Below are positions 39,897 through 49,545 of a DNA stretch of 64,000 bases, piece by piece. The notes beneath the pieces were generated by a model, which saw nothing but the letters and a program-made list of their open reading frames with translations, did not search any database and had not been told where the DNA came from. Source of the stretch: an uncultured virus (IMG/VR IMGVR_UViG_3300042870_000870) (lineage: Duplodnaviria > Heunggongvirae > Uroviricota > Caudoviricetes); the IMG/VR virus record IMGVR_UViG_3300042870_000870; one strand, written 5' to 3'. The position numbers and the translations under genes are program-made. The stretch's first letter is position 1; each line of letters opens with the position of its first letter.

Positions 39897-40950
39897 ACAA
39901 GAAAACATAGAAAAATTAGAAGAAGCGTTAGGTAGGTTACATTCAAAAGAAAATAACATTTATTTTCTAACTTATGACACAAGAAATAACGCAAGAGCGT
40001 CCATAAAACACATTTATGATATGGCGTTGACTTTAAAACAAAATGGTCATAAATCAAATATTTTAGTGGAGGACAAAACATACACAGGAGTCGAATCTTG
40101 GTTAGGTGATACGTACAAAGAACTACCAGTCGTGTCCATCAAAGAAGATAAGATTGAATTAAAAATTGATGATGTTTTAGTTGTTCCTGAATATTTTTCA
40201 AACGCTCTTGAGCAATTAACTAATATCAAGTGTATTAAAGTAATGTTAGTACAACAAAAAGATTTTATGTTTGAAACACTATCAATTGGTAGTAGATGGT
40301 CGGACTATGGATTTGATAGAATCATCACCACAACAGAAAGTGCAAAAAAATACATTTCAGATATTTTTCCTGAAAGTTTAGTCTTTGTAATCCCTCCAAT
40401 TATTGGTGATAATTTTAAACCTATTGAACTACCATTAAAACCATATGTTGCGATTAGTTGTAGAGATAGAGTTGTACATAGAAGATTAATTTCACAATTT
40501 TATTTAAAGTTTCCTCAGTTACGTTGGATTACTTTTAAAGATATGGTTCAGATGAGTTACGATGAATTTGCAACTAATTTAAAAGAATGTATGGTTTCTG
40601 TTTGGGTTGATAATGAATCAACATTTGGTACATTTCCTTTAGAGTCTATGAAATGTGGTGTTCCCGTTATTGGTAAGATTCCTGAAACAGAACCTGATTG
40701 GTTGGATGAGAATGGAATGTGGACCTATGACACAAATAAAGTTGTTGAAATTTTAGGTTCATATATCTTAGCATGGATTGAGGGAGTTGAGTTACAAGAA
40801 GAGGTGACTACTAAAATGAAAGATACTTTATTACCATATGAAACATCAATTACTCAAAATAGTATCAATTCAATTTTCGGGTCATTAATTAATAAAAGAA
40901 TCGAATCTATCGAGAACGCATTAGAAAAATTAAAACAAGAACAAGAATAA
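39889..40950 (+). CDS. GT-B fold glycosyltransferase-like protein
   Basis: DVLVVPE and ESTFGTFPLESMKCGVPVIG donor-binding motif. Confidence 0.75.
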   Translation: MSKQENIEKLEEALGRLHSKENNIYFLTYDTRNNARASIKHIYDMALTLKQNGHKSNILVEDKTYTGVESWLGDTYKELPVVSIKEDKIELKIDDVLVVPEYFSNALEQLTNIKCIKVMLVQQKDFMFETLSIGSRWSDYGFDRIITTTESAKKYISDIFPESLVFVIPPIIGDNFKPIELPLKPYVAISCRDRVVHRRLISQFYLKFPQLRWITFKDMVQMSYDEFATNLKECMVSVWVDNESTFGTFPLESMKCGVPVIGKIPETEPDWLDENGMWTYDTNKVVEILGSYILAWIEGVELQEEVTTKMKDTLLPYETSITQNSINSIFGSLINKRIESIENALEKLKQEQE

Positions 40951-40955
40951 TCAAT

Positions 40956-41735
40956 ATGAAAAATATAACAGTATTAATACCTATTCACAAAATTAGTGAA
41001 GATTATAAGGAAATGTTAAATAAAGCTTTAGAGTCTGTTGAAGATTTTCACAACGACGTAAAAGTATCGTTGGTATGTCCCGCGGAAGTAAAAAAAGAGT
41101 TAACTAACTTATCTGATAAATTAGAAATTAATTTCGTAGTTAATAATGGTAAAACTGACTTTTGCTCCCAAGTAAATTTAGGTATCGAGAAATGTGACAC
41201 AGAATGGTTTACTATTTTAGAAGTTGATGACCAATTTAAATCAATTTGGTTAAAATCAATTAACGATTATAGAAAAATTTATAGTGATGTTGATGTATTC
41301 TTACCAATAGTAAAAGATATAAACTCAGAGGGAACCTTTGTTAGTTTTACTAACGAATCCGCTTGGGCTTATGGATTTACTGATATGCAGGGATTTATTG
41401 ATAATGAGGTATTATTAGAATATCAAAACTATCAAATTAGTGGTGGACTTTATCGCACACAAAAAATTAAAGATAATGGTTTATTAAAAGAAAACATTAA
41501 ATTGACTTTTGGATACGAGTTTTTATTAAGATTAACTCACAATGGAGTTAGGGTGATGATAGTACCGAGAGTTGGTTACCAACACGTTAATCTTAGAGAG
41601 GATTCATTATTCTGGTTATACAAAAACGATGAGAATAGTTTATTATCCGAAAAAGAAGTTAAATTTTGGTTAGACTCAGCAAAAAAAGAATTTTTCTTTA
41701 AAAATAAACGAGATGTAAATTATATAGAAGCTTAA
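40956..41735 (+). CDS. GT2-family glycosyltransferase
   Basis: ITVLIPIH, ALESV, NLGIEKCDTEWFTILEVDD, YEFLLRL. Confidence 0.8.
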   Translation: MKNITVLIPIHKISEDYKEMLNKALESVEDFHNDVKVSLVCPAEVKKELTNLSDKLEINFVVNNGKTDFCSQVNLGIEKCDTEWFTILEVDDQFKSIWLKSINDYRKIYSDVDVFLPIVKDINSEGTFVSFTNESAWAYGFTDMQGFIDNEVLLEYQNYQISGGLYRTQKIKDNGLLKENIKLTFGYEFLLRLTHNGVRVMIVPRVGYQHVNLREDSLFWLYKNDENSLLSEKEVKFWLDSAKKEFFFKNKRDVNYIEA

Positions 41736-42433
41736 TGCCAAGACCAAGAACCCAAAAAATTTATTTTGGGGAGGATCAAGAGAAGGCGGTAGTTAGTTAC
41801 TTAGAAAGCACTGACGAAGCAGAAAGAAATAAGATATTCAACGAATATTTACGTGAACCCCTAATTATAATGGTCGAATCAATTATTCGACGTTATAAAC
41901 TTTACAGAAAAGATATGGAATTTGAAGAAATTCATACAGACACAATGTCCTTTCTTATTACCAAGATTAATAAATTTGACCACACAAAAAATACCAAAGC
42001 GTATTCTTACTTTGGTACAATCTGTAAAAACTACCTTATGGGAGCAATACAGAAGGATACAAAGGAACAAAATAGACAAGTATCATATGACGACATATCA
42101 TCAGATATTGAGGGTAGATCTGACCTATCATATGTGATAGATGAACATATTATAGACTATAGAGATATCATTATAAAAATGAGTATAGACTTAGAACTTT
42201 TTGTTGAAAATGAAGATTTAACCGAAAATGAACAAAAATTAGGGTATGCGTTACTAGAGATTTTTAACAATTTTGATATGATATTTCAAGTTGGAGATGG
42301 TAACAAATTCAATAAAAACCTTATATTACTCTCTTTAAGAGAAATGACTTCATTGTCAACCAAAGAAATTAGAATATCCCTCAAAAGATTTAAAAAGTTG
42401 TATGATGGAATTTTAGGTGGATTTTTAGAATAA
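41735..42433 (+). CDS. phage late sigma factor (gp55-like)
   Basis: region-2-like KINKFD...KAYSYFGTICKNYL; no clear region 4. Confidence 0.7.
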   Translation: MPRPRTQKIYFGEDQEKAVVSYLESTDEAERNKIFNEYLREPLIIMVESIIRRYKLYRKDMEFEEIHTDTMSFLITKINKFDHTKNTKAYSYFGTICKNYLMGAIQKDTKEQNRQVSYDDISSDIEGRSDLSYVIDEHIIDYRDIIIKMSIDLELFVENEDLTENEQKLGYALLEIFNNFDMIFQVGDGNKFNKNLILLSLREMTSLSTKEIRISLKRFKKLYDGILGGFLE

Positions 42434-42447
42434 ACCTATTTATTGGT

Positions 42448-42828
42448 ATGAGAACACAAAGAAATTTAATCTCCTTAGAGGTTGATTCTGCATTAGCTTT
42501 AATGCAGGAAATCTACAATGACATTGTGGAACAAAAGAATACAGCATCAATGATAACAAAGAAAATGTTAACATTTATGAAAGATGCTGAGGACATGAGT
42601 GTAATAGGTCCCGTCATCAAAGAACAACAAAAAATCCTAAACGATTGTACTGAGAAAAAAATCTCCTTAGTTAAACTACAAGGTGTTTTATTAAAACAAA
42701 CACAATCTACAGGTAAGGCCGGTGGACCTATGGGTAAATTAACCTTATCTGATGAAGATAGAGAAATATTGGACAAATTAATGGAAACTGGTTCTGATAA
42801 TAAAGGTAAGTCAAACTACACACTATAA
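42448..42828 (+). CDS. late helical hypothetical protein
   Basis: 126 aa coiled coil; late motif 3 nt upstream. Confidence 0.7.
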   Translation: MRTQRNLISLEVDSALALMQEIYNDIVEQKNTASMITKKMLTFMKDAEDMSVIGPVIKEQQKILNDCTEKKISLVKLQGVLLKQTQSTGKAGGPMGKLTLSDEDREILDKLMETGSDNKGKSNYTL

Positions 42829-44741
42829 TGTCCAACAAAATAAAAGAAACAAGAAAAAAGATTAGGCAAAAAATTGATGCCATTAAAAGGGCAAAAGATA
42901 ATGCTAAGGATAAGGCTAACAAATTTGTTGATGGTTATGAAAACAAAGCATTAAAAGGTGCCGATGACCTATCAAAAACTCTATCAGATTTTTCCGCAAA
43001 AAAACTAAAAAAGTTAGAGGGTGGGATAAATCGAGCTAGTGACGTATTCTCTGATTTATTAGAAACGGTAGAAAAATTTGTAAGTGCGAAAAATATAAAA
43101 GTTGAATCTTCGGATAAGTTATTCTCAAAACAAAGGTTAAGACAACTTACAAACGAATCGGCTATCGAAACTTTAAAATCGTCACAACAAATTATTTTAG
43201 AAGCGGTACAAAAAATATTATTTGCAGGAGACGGTATATGTGGTTCCAACAAAACATTTGGTTCAACTGACACTGTAACATTAAAACCACAAGAATTTGA
43301 TTTTATGAACGTATTAACCGTTGACCCAACATCAAACGTTGGTCAAATTGTTTATGAAAAAGAATCTCCAGATTTAGGTAAACGTAAAATGAATAGAAAT
43401 TTATATAATGCTTTTAATAGTCCATATACTTTTACATCTCTAAATGGTAATAATTTATTTTCATTATCGTGGGACACATCGAACCAAAGATATGATGTTG
43501 CAGGTTTACAAGGTAAAAATATAAAAACATTTTTTACTGATTATTATTCAAGTATTGAACCCGTAGATTTTAGTGGAGTTACTAAAACCGCAATATACAT
43601 GACATTACATGGTGATGGTAGTGAACCTCCTTTATTTGATAAGGGGTTTAATGATTTAAATAGATTATTGGCGAAACTATGTGCAATGTGTGGAAACCCC
43701 AAAAATGGTAAAATTCCTAACGCAACCACAGAATTTAACGAAAATGACGAAGACATCCAATCTTATTTTGACTTTGATGATGTAGAGGGAGTTGACTTAG
43801 ATGATGAAAAAGATAGGTTAGATAAAGTACTAAAGTTTAGAGATTGTAATAATTTTAAAATACCCATAAACCCAACACATTTCGAAGATTTTGTTTATGA
43901 TGACGGTAATTTAAATGATTCAGTAAATGATGCTTTATTTAATGCTGCGTCCGATGCTCATAATCAGTCTGAAGGTTCAATACCTCCAGATAATTTTCAT
44001 TTGTCAATTTTAAATACTTTCATACTTAGTTTACCCAAGGCACTTATCGGTTCTTTATTAACCCCAAAATATTTTTTACCATTCATAATAGTTTATAAAG
44101 TTTTAGTTACAGGTGTTGGTGGGGTAATAAAAACCGCTAAACAAATGATGAAAATTTTATATAAATTATTTAATGAAATTATTACAAAATTATTATGGAA
44201 ATTTATTAATGAATTTTGGAGAAGAGTTAAAAAAGATTTATTGGTATTTTTAGTTGACATTGCTGCAACAATATTAAAAAAGAAAGGTAAAAGATATCGA
44301 TTAATTTTATTATCATTAATTGCAATTTTAACAAAAATACTTGAAAGTGGTTTTGATACTTGTAAAGACTTATATGGTTTAATAAATAAAGCAATTGATT
44401 TAGCTTTATCAGGTTTTGGTGGTGGGTTCGCAACTGCCGGAATTAGTACCTTTTTATTACCATTTTTCTTACAAAAACCTGGATATAGTGAAGATGGTGC
44501 GGTGATTCGTGCAATTGAAAAATTGGAAGAATCTGGTGTTTCAACCTCACCCATATTTGGTGAGGATAATAAAATAATTGATTTAGTAAAATCAGTAATA
44601 AGTGGTCACGTGGAAGAACAAGATACAAATGGATTCATAGCCGCAAGTAATACTTCGGTTATTATACCACACCCAAGTCCATTCGTTGGTGCGGTATTTA
44701 TTCCACCGGGATTATTAACAGTAGGAGGAGGTACATTTTAA
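42828..44741 (+). CDS. large hypothetical protein with hydrophobic/basic helices, probably structural
   Basis: 637 aa in late operon before the spike gene. Confidence 0.65.
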   Translation: MSNKIKETRKKIRQKIDAIKRAKDNAKDKANKFVDGYENKALKGADDLSKTLSDFSAKKLKKLEGGINRASDVFSDLLETVEKFVSAKNIKVESSDKLFSKQRLRQLTNESAIETLKSSQQIILEAVQKILFAGDGICGSNKTFGSTDTVTLKPQEFDFMNVLTVDPTSNVGQIVYEKESPDLGKRKMNRNLYNAFNSPYTFTSLNGNNLFSLSWDTSNQRYDVAGLQGKNIKTFFTDYYSSIEPVDFSGVTKTAIYMTLHGDGSEPPLFDKGFNDLNRLLAKLCAMCGNPKNGKIPNATTEFNENDEDIQSYFDFDDVEGVDLDDEKDRLDKVLKFRDCNNFKIPINPTHFEDFVYDDGNLNDSVNDALFNAASDAHNQSEGSIPPDNFHLSILNTFILSLPKALIGSLLTPKYFLPFIIVYKVLVTGVGGVIKTAKQMMKILYKLFNEIITKLLWKFINEFWRRVKKDLLVFLVDIAATILKKKGKRYRLILLSLIAILTKILESGFDTCKDLYGLINKAIDLALSGFGGGFATAGISTFLLPFFLQKPGYSEDGAVIRAIEKLEESGVSTSPIFGEDNKIIDLVKSVISGHVEEQDTNGFIAASNTSVIIPHPSPFVGAVFIPPGLLTVGGGTF

Positions 44742-44742
44742 T

Positions 44743-44943
44743 ATGGATAAAGAAAAAATTATTGAAGTTATTAGCGATGTTAAAAATAAATCAAATAAAG
44801 ATTTATTTCTTGCAATAAATGAATTGAATGATGAATTTGAAAAAACAAAAACATTAATCATTGATTTAACAAGACATCTTGATAGTGTTGAAGAATTGTT
44901 CAATGAAATAAACGATGAAATAGAAAAAAGAATTAAGAAATGA
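44743..44943 (+). CDS. small coiled-coil protein
   Basis: 66 aa, coupled to both neighbours. Confidence 0.65.
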   Translation: MDKEKIIEVISDVKNKSNKDLFLAINELNDEFEKTKTLIIDLTRHLDSVEELFNEINDEIEKRIKK

Positions 44944-46499
44944 GTGATGTGAGCACTAGAATTATTGAACTGGGTCTATGTTCAGATAATAGAGACCCGT
45001 TGGGGTTAGGTAGAATACGTATCCAAACATTTGGTAACGGTTCTGGACCTTCTGCTGGTGCTTTAAAATATGAACCATGGGACGACAAAGACCCTTTTAT
45101 TGCTATTCCATTTTTACCCGCTAATATAAACTATGTACCCTTAATCGGACAATCAATTAAAATCATCAATTATGACCCGATTAAAGACACAGTAAATAGA
45201 GAATATATTTCTGGACCATTTACCACAACACATGATTTTAACACACAAGTATATGCGTCCCAAGTTAAAAACACAACATACGGAGGTGCCGATTCAGAAT
45301 TACCCAAAATCGTTAATCAAAAAGATGGCCAAATTATTGATACCTTTGCAAAATCGTCAATTGCAAAATATGAAGATTATGCCGTATATGGTAAAAATGG
45401 TTCAGACGTTTTGTTTACAGAAAACGGACTATCTTTAAGAGGAGGTAAGTTTGTACCAAAAACGATGGTTGCTCAAGAACCAAACATGTTTAATAAGCCA
45501 TACATGTCAAATAAAATGGCAACACTTCACCTTAAAAAATATACTAATAAATTAGAATATTATGATGAGACCACAACTGAACTTATTACTGAGTCTAAAA
45601 ATTTAAAATCTATAATAGAATATAGTATTGATAAATTTGATGGTAGTAACGCAATTATTAGTTTCTATGTATATCTAATTAAAGATTTTGATAATGCTAA
45701 ACAGACAGTCTATGGTAACATATATAACACAAATAATCCAAAATTAGAAAATTCACCAATTATTACGGGTAGTACTCAATTAATAACAACGGGAACAACA
45801 GAACCAACATTTACTGTATTCGTATCGGATATTTTGTCTAATGGAGTAAATGGTATCTATAAAAAAATTAGACATACCTTAAAGAAAATACACAATAAAA
45901 CAAGTCTTTTTCATATAGATCCAACACTACCATTTTCAAGTGTTGATTTACATCCATTTTATTTTAGACCAACATTATCTTGTGTAAATTCTATATTGAC
46001 AACTCAAGATGAAATAAACAACAGGGTAATCATATTCAATAATATTATTTTAGCGTCTGGAATTGGTCCTAAAAGTGGGTTAGTTTATGATAAAACAAAA
46101 ATGTCACCAGCAACCAAACCTATAACTAAAACTGTTACAAAATTAAGAGACACACCAAGTTCCGAACAAACTTTCTCATCTTTGAAATCGGATAAAATAT
46201 TTTTGTTATCTCCAGAGTCTAATCCCCCTGAAAAACAAATTGCGATAGATTTTTCTAAATTGGAAAAATATGAATTAAGTCAGGAAAATTACATGAATGA
46301 CATTTTACCTCACACATATTCGTCAGTTAGAGGTGAAACCCTTATTAGACTTATTGAGTCCATAATTAATTTAATATTCAGTCACCAACACAATTTAGTC
46401 GGTCCTCCAGTACCGAGTGACCCAAATTATATTAATTTAATGAAGTTAATGGAAACAATGAAACAAGATATTTTAAATAATTCAATTAGAATCAACTAA
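44940..46499 (+). CDS. baseplate central spike (gp5/VgrG/gpV-like)
   Basis: OB-fold start DNRDPLGLGRIRI...PFLP...VP; C-terminal VRGETL...HQH metal-tip motif. Confidence 0.75.
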   Translation: MSDVSTRIIELGLCSDNRDPLGLGRIRIQTFGNGSGPSAGALKYEPWDDKDPFIAIPFLPANINYVPLIGQSIKIINYDPIKDTVNREYISGPFTTTHDFNTQVYASQVKNTTYGGADSELPKIVNQKDGQIIDTFAKSSIAKYEDYAVYGKNGSDVLFTENGLSLRGGKFVPKTMVAQEPNMFNKPYMSNKMATLHLKKYTNKLEYYDETTTELITESKNLKSIIEYSIDKFDGSNAIISFYVYLIKDFDNAKQTVYGNIYNTNNPKLENSPIITGSTQLITTGTTEPTFTVFVSDILSNGVNGIYKKIRHTLKKIHNKTSLFHIDPTLPFSSVDLHPFYFRPTLSCVNSILTTQDEINNRVIIFNNIILASGIGPKSGLVYDKTKMSPATKPITKTVTKLRDTPSSEQTFSSLKSDKIFLLSPESNPPEKQIAIDFSKLEKYELSQENYMNDILPHTYSSVRGETLIRLIESIINLIFSHQHNLVGPPVPSDPNYINLMKLMETMKQDILNNSIRIN

Positions 46500-46522
46500 T
46501 TTGATATTTATTAATAAAGAAG

Positions 46523-47896
46523 ATGTCATATTTCCGTTCATATTTTGAAAAAAACAACACGATAATCAAGAATTCTCAGGTAAACACGGCTAAAAACCCA
46601 ACTACTGAGATTTTCTATGGTTCAGGATTTTCTAAATTTTTATTTAAAGTTAATCTTACAGATTTACAAGGTAAAATAAATAATGGTGATTTGGTTATTG
46701 ACCAAAATACTAAACATTATTTAAAAATGACCAATACCATATTTGGTGACGAGGGATTAAAGGGTCAGAATAGAACCACTGGTAGAAATCGTGCAACTTC
46801 ATTTAATCTAATAGTTTTTAAAATAAGTGAGTTTTGGGACGAAGGTTTAGGTTTTGATTACCAAGATAGTGAATATGACTTTACTGCAGGTAATAGTACA
46901 TTTGATGAGAGACCATCTAACTGGTTTAATAAAACCACATTGAATCAATGGTCAAGTCAGGGTGTTTATAGTACCGACCCTGTTATTGTTACCACCGCCC
47001 ATTTTGATAATGGTAATGAAAATTTAGATGTTGATATTACAAGTTATATAAATGGTATAATTTTATCGGGGAATACAAATCACGGGTTAGGAATTGCTTT
47101 TGAAGTAATATATCAAAATATCACACCTGAAATTGACCAATCTGTGGCGTTTTTTACAAAATACACACAAACATTCTTTGAACCGTTTGTTGAATCTGTG
47201 TTTCAAGATAGAATAGAAGATAATAGACATAATTTTATTGAAAAACAAACACAGAATTTATACCTACATGTTACAAAGGGAACTAATTACTATGATTTAG
47301 ATTCATTACCAACAGTTGACATTACTGATAATAGTGGAACACCAATTAGTGGATTAACAGGACTTACAACAAATAAAATACGAAAAGGAATATATAAGGT
47401 TACATTTGGTTTACAAGGTGTCTTGTGTGACGGAAAAAGGTTCTATATTGATAAATGGAAAGGACTACTCCTTAATGGGGTGTCAATAAGTAACGTTAGT
47501 CAAAAATTTGTACCAAAACCTTATACTGCCGGATTTACAATTGGTGAAAATCAAACAGAATTACAAAGATACGTTATTCAATTTTTCGGATTGAAACAAA
47601 ATGAAAAAATATTAAGGGGAGAAAAAAGAAAAGTGGTTGTTACATTTAGGTCAATAAATGAACCAAAATCAGTTTTATTTGATGAAGTATTCTATAGAAT
47701 TTTCATTAAAGAAGGTAGAACCGATGTTGTTGTTTACGACTGGACACAACTTGATGTAACAAACGAAAACTCATTTGTGTTTGACACTTCATTTATGATA
47801 CCGAGAGAATATATGGTCGAAATAAAGGGAAAAACTCATACAGAGGAGATATTCTATAACGAAACAATAAAATTTGAGATAGTATCTGAAAAATAA
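46523..47896 (+). CDS. virion protein with DNRLRE-like beta-sandwich domain
   Basis: FWDEG, SNW, W...G, DVDITSYI, NHGLGI and FFTKYT...P motifs; late motif upstream. Confidence 0.55.
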   Translation: MSYFRSYFEKNNTIIKNSQVNTAKNPTTEIFYGSGFSKFLFKVNLTDLQGKINNGDLVIDQNTKHYLKMTNTIFGDEGLKGQNRTTGRNRATSFNLIVFKISEFWDEGLGFDYQDSEYDFTAGNSTFDERPSNWFNKTTLNQWSSQGVYSTDPVIVTTAHFDNGNENLDVDITSYINGIILSGNTNHGLGIAFEVIYQNITPEIDQSVAFFTKYTQTFFEPFVESVFQDRIEDNRHNFIEKQTQNLYLHVTKGTNYYDLDSLPTVDITDNSGTPISGLTGLTTNKIRKGIYKVTFGLQGVLCDGKRFYIDKWKGLLLNGVSISNVSQKFVPKPYTAGFTIGENQTELQRYVIQFFGLKQNEKILRGEKRKVVVTFRSINEPKSVLFDEVFYRIFIKEGRTDVVVYDWTQLDVTNENSFVFDTSFMIPREYMVEIKGKTHTEEIFYNETIKFEIVSEK

Positions 47897-47910
47897 AACT
47901 ATTTATTATT

Positions 47911-48366
47911 ATGAATATAACTGAATTAATTAAGAAACATTTAAAAAAAGTGGTAAAGGAACAAGAATCACACATATCTGAAGACGGAACTTACATGGTT
48001 TTATCCAACTTAGTTCAAATTAAGAATGATATCGAAAAGATATTGTCCTATAAACACCAATCTGATTTTCCAAAATTAGTTACGGGTGAACACGCGTGGG
48101 CGGGTGACCATATAACTACATCTAAAGATGATATTGAAGAAGTGGCTAACTTTATTGATGGTTACTTTGAACAAAAGAATTTGTCAGAAGCGGAAAAAAA
48201 GAGTAATAAACTTTGTTCAAGAGGTTTATCTGCTGCAAAATCTAAATTTAAAGTTTATCCATCGGCATATGCGAATGGTTATGCTGTACAAGTTTGTAAA
48301 GGTAAAATAAAAGGATTAGATGGTAAAAAAAAATGTTCGGGTTCATATTGTAGCGGTAAAAAGTAA
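47911..48366 (+). CDS. modular internal-head-like protein with KFKVYPSAYANG domain
   Basis: two modules separated by NLSE; late motif 3 nt upstream. Confidence 0.65.
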   Translation: MNITELIKKHLKKVVKEQESHISEDGTYMVLSNLVQIKNDIEKILSYKHQSDFPKLVTGEHAWAGDHITTSKDDIEEVANFIDGYFEQKNLSEAEKKSNKLCSRGLSAAKSKFKVYPSAYANGYAVQVCKGKIKGLDGKKKCSGSYCSGKK

Positions 48367-48369
48367 ATC

Positions 48370-49251
48370 ATGAAAATACACATAAACGAAGAAGATCTAC
48401 AATACATTAAATTATCCATCAATAATGGTGAGGTATTACAAGAAGATTTAGGTAGGTGGTTTAAAGAAAAATGGGTAGATGTAAGTAAAAAAGTTAATGG
48501 TAAACATCCACCTTGTGGACGTAGTGATGCTGATGGTGAAAAAGGAAGGAAAGGATATCCAAAATGTAGACCATCAAAAAAAGTGTCAAAAGATACTCCT
48601 AAAGTTGCCTCTTCATATGATAAAAAGGAAAAGAAGGCGATGACATCTCAAAAAAGAAGTGCAGAAAGAAAGGACCCTAAAATTGGAAAAGGTAATAAAC
48701 CAACAATGACAAAATTTGACGAACAACAAAATGTTGATGAAAGAAGTAGAAGTTTTGCGTTTACAAGAAAAAAAAGATTGTTTAGTCAACCAGAAAGAAT
48801 GTCTAATCCTTTTAGATATAAAGAATTTGATAGATTATCTGAAGGTGTAGAAAAAAGAACAATTATTCAAATATCTGAAGAACAATTTCAAAGACTTTTT
48901 GAATATAACGAAGATACGCCAGTTTTAATTTATGAAGATGAATCGGGTTCCGTTCAAAACACAAATTTTGAGTCGACCAATATGTTAAATGAGGCTGAAT
49001 ATCAAGGACGTAAAGTTCAACTTGGAAAAATCATGCAAGGTGATATTAAAAAGTTTAAAGTGTATGTCAAGAACGACAAGGGTAAGGTTGTTAAGGTAAA
49101 TTTCGGTTTTGGTGGTAAATCCGCTAAAGGTAAACGAATGGTTATCAAAAAGAATAACCCCGCAAGACGTAAGTCATTTAGAGCTCGTATGAATTGTGAT
49201 AATCCAGGTCCTCGTTGGAAACCAAGATATTGGGCTTGTCGTACTTGGTAA
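48370..49251 (+). CDS. modular basic Cys-containing protein (LGRWFKEKWVD and RRKSFRAR...YWAC modules)
   Basis: modules recalled from viral DUF5872/DUF6321-like families, separated by LxE linkers. Confidence 0.65.
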   Translation: MKIHINEEDLQYIKLSINNGEVLQEDLGRWFKEKWVDVSKKVNGKHPPCGRSDADGEKGRKGYPKCRPSKKVSKDTPKVASSYDKKEKKAMTSQKRSAERKDPKIGKGNKPTMTKFDEQQNVDERSRSFAFTRKKRLFSQPERMSNPFRYKEFDRLSEGVEKRTIIQISEEQFQRLFEYNEDTPVLIYEDESGSVQNTNFESTNMLNEAEYQGRKVQLGKIMQGDIKKFKVYVKNDKGKVVKVNFGFGGKSAKGKRMVIKKNNPARRKSFRARMNCDNPGPRWKPRYWACRTW

Positions 49252-49262
49252 AATTTTAACTT

Positions 49263-49538
49263 ATGAAATACATTATAACCGAGGAACAGAAAAGAACGAT
49301 TATAAATAAAAGTGATTGGAAAGAGGGTAATAATAAACTTACCAAAACATATCACTTCAAAAACTACAAAGAAGTTATACCATTTGTTAATTCAGTTATG
49401 AAAATCGCAGATAAACAAAATCATCATCCTGATATAATCGTTCATTACGATAATGTGAAATTATCTATTACTGACCACGATAAAGGTGGTGTATCTGAAA
49501 AATGTCATAAATTCACAGGTGCCGTAGATAAAATATAA
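49263..49538 (+). CDS. pterin-4a-carbinolamine dehydratase (PCD/PhhB family)
   Basis: W...L.KTYHFKNY...FVN...A...NHHPDI...THD.GGVSEK. Confidence 0.88.
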   Translation: MKYIITEEQKRTIINKSDWKEGNNKLTKTYHFKNYKEVIPFVNSVMKIADKQNHHPDIIVHYDNVKLSITDHDKGGVSEKCHKFTGAVDKI

Positions 49539-49545
49539 AATTTTA

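Noticed and set aside
42448..42828. Small terminase subunit assignment
   Set aside because: Helical and late, but no diagnostic motif and distant from the large subunit; left hypothetical
44722..44731. AGGAGGAGG upstream of 44743 as a real Shine-Dalgarno
   Set aside because: Explained by Gly-Gly-Gly codons of the upstream gene, and spacing is long
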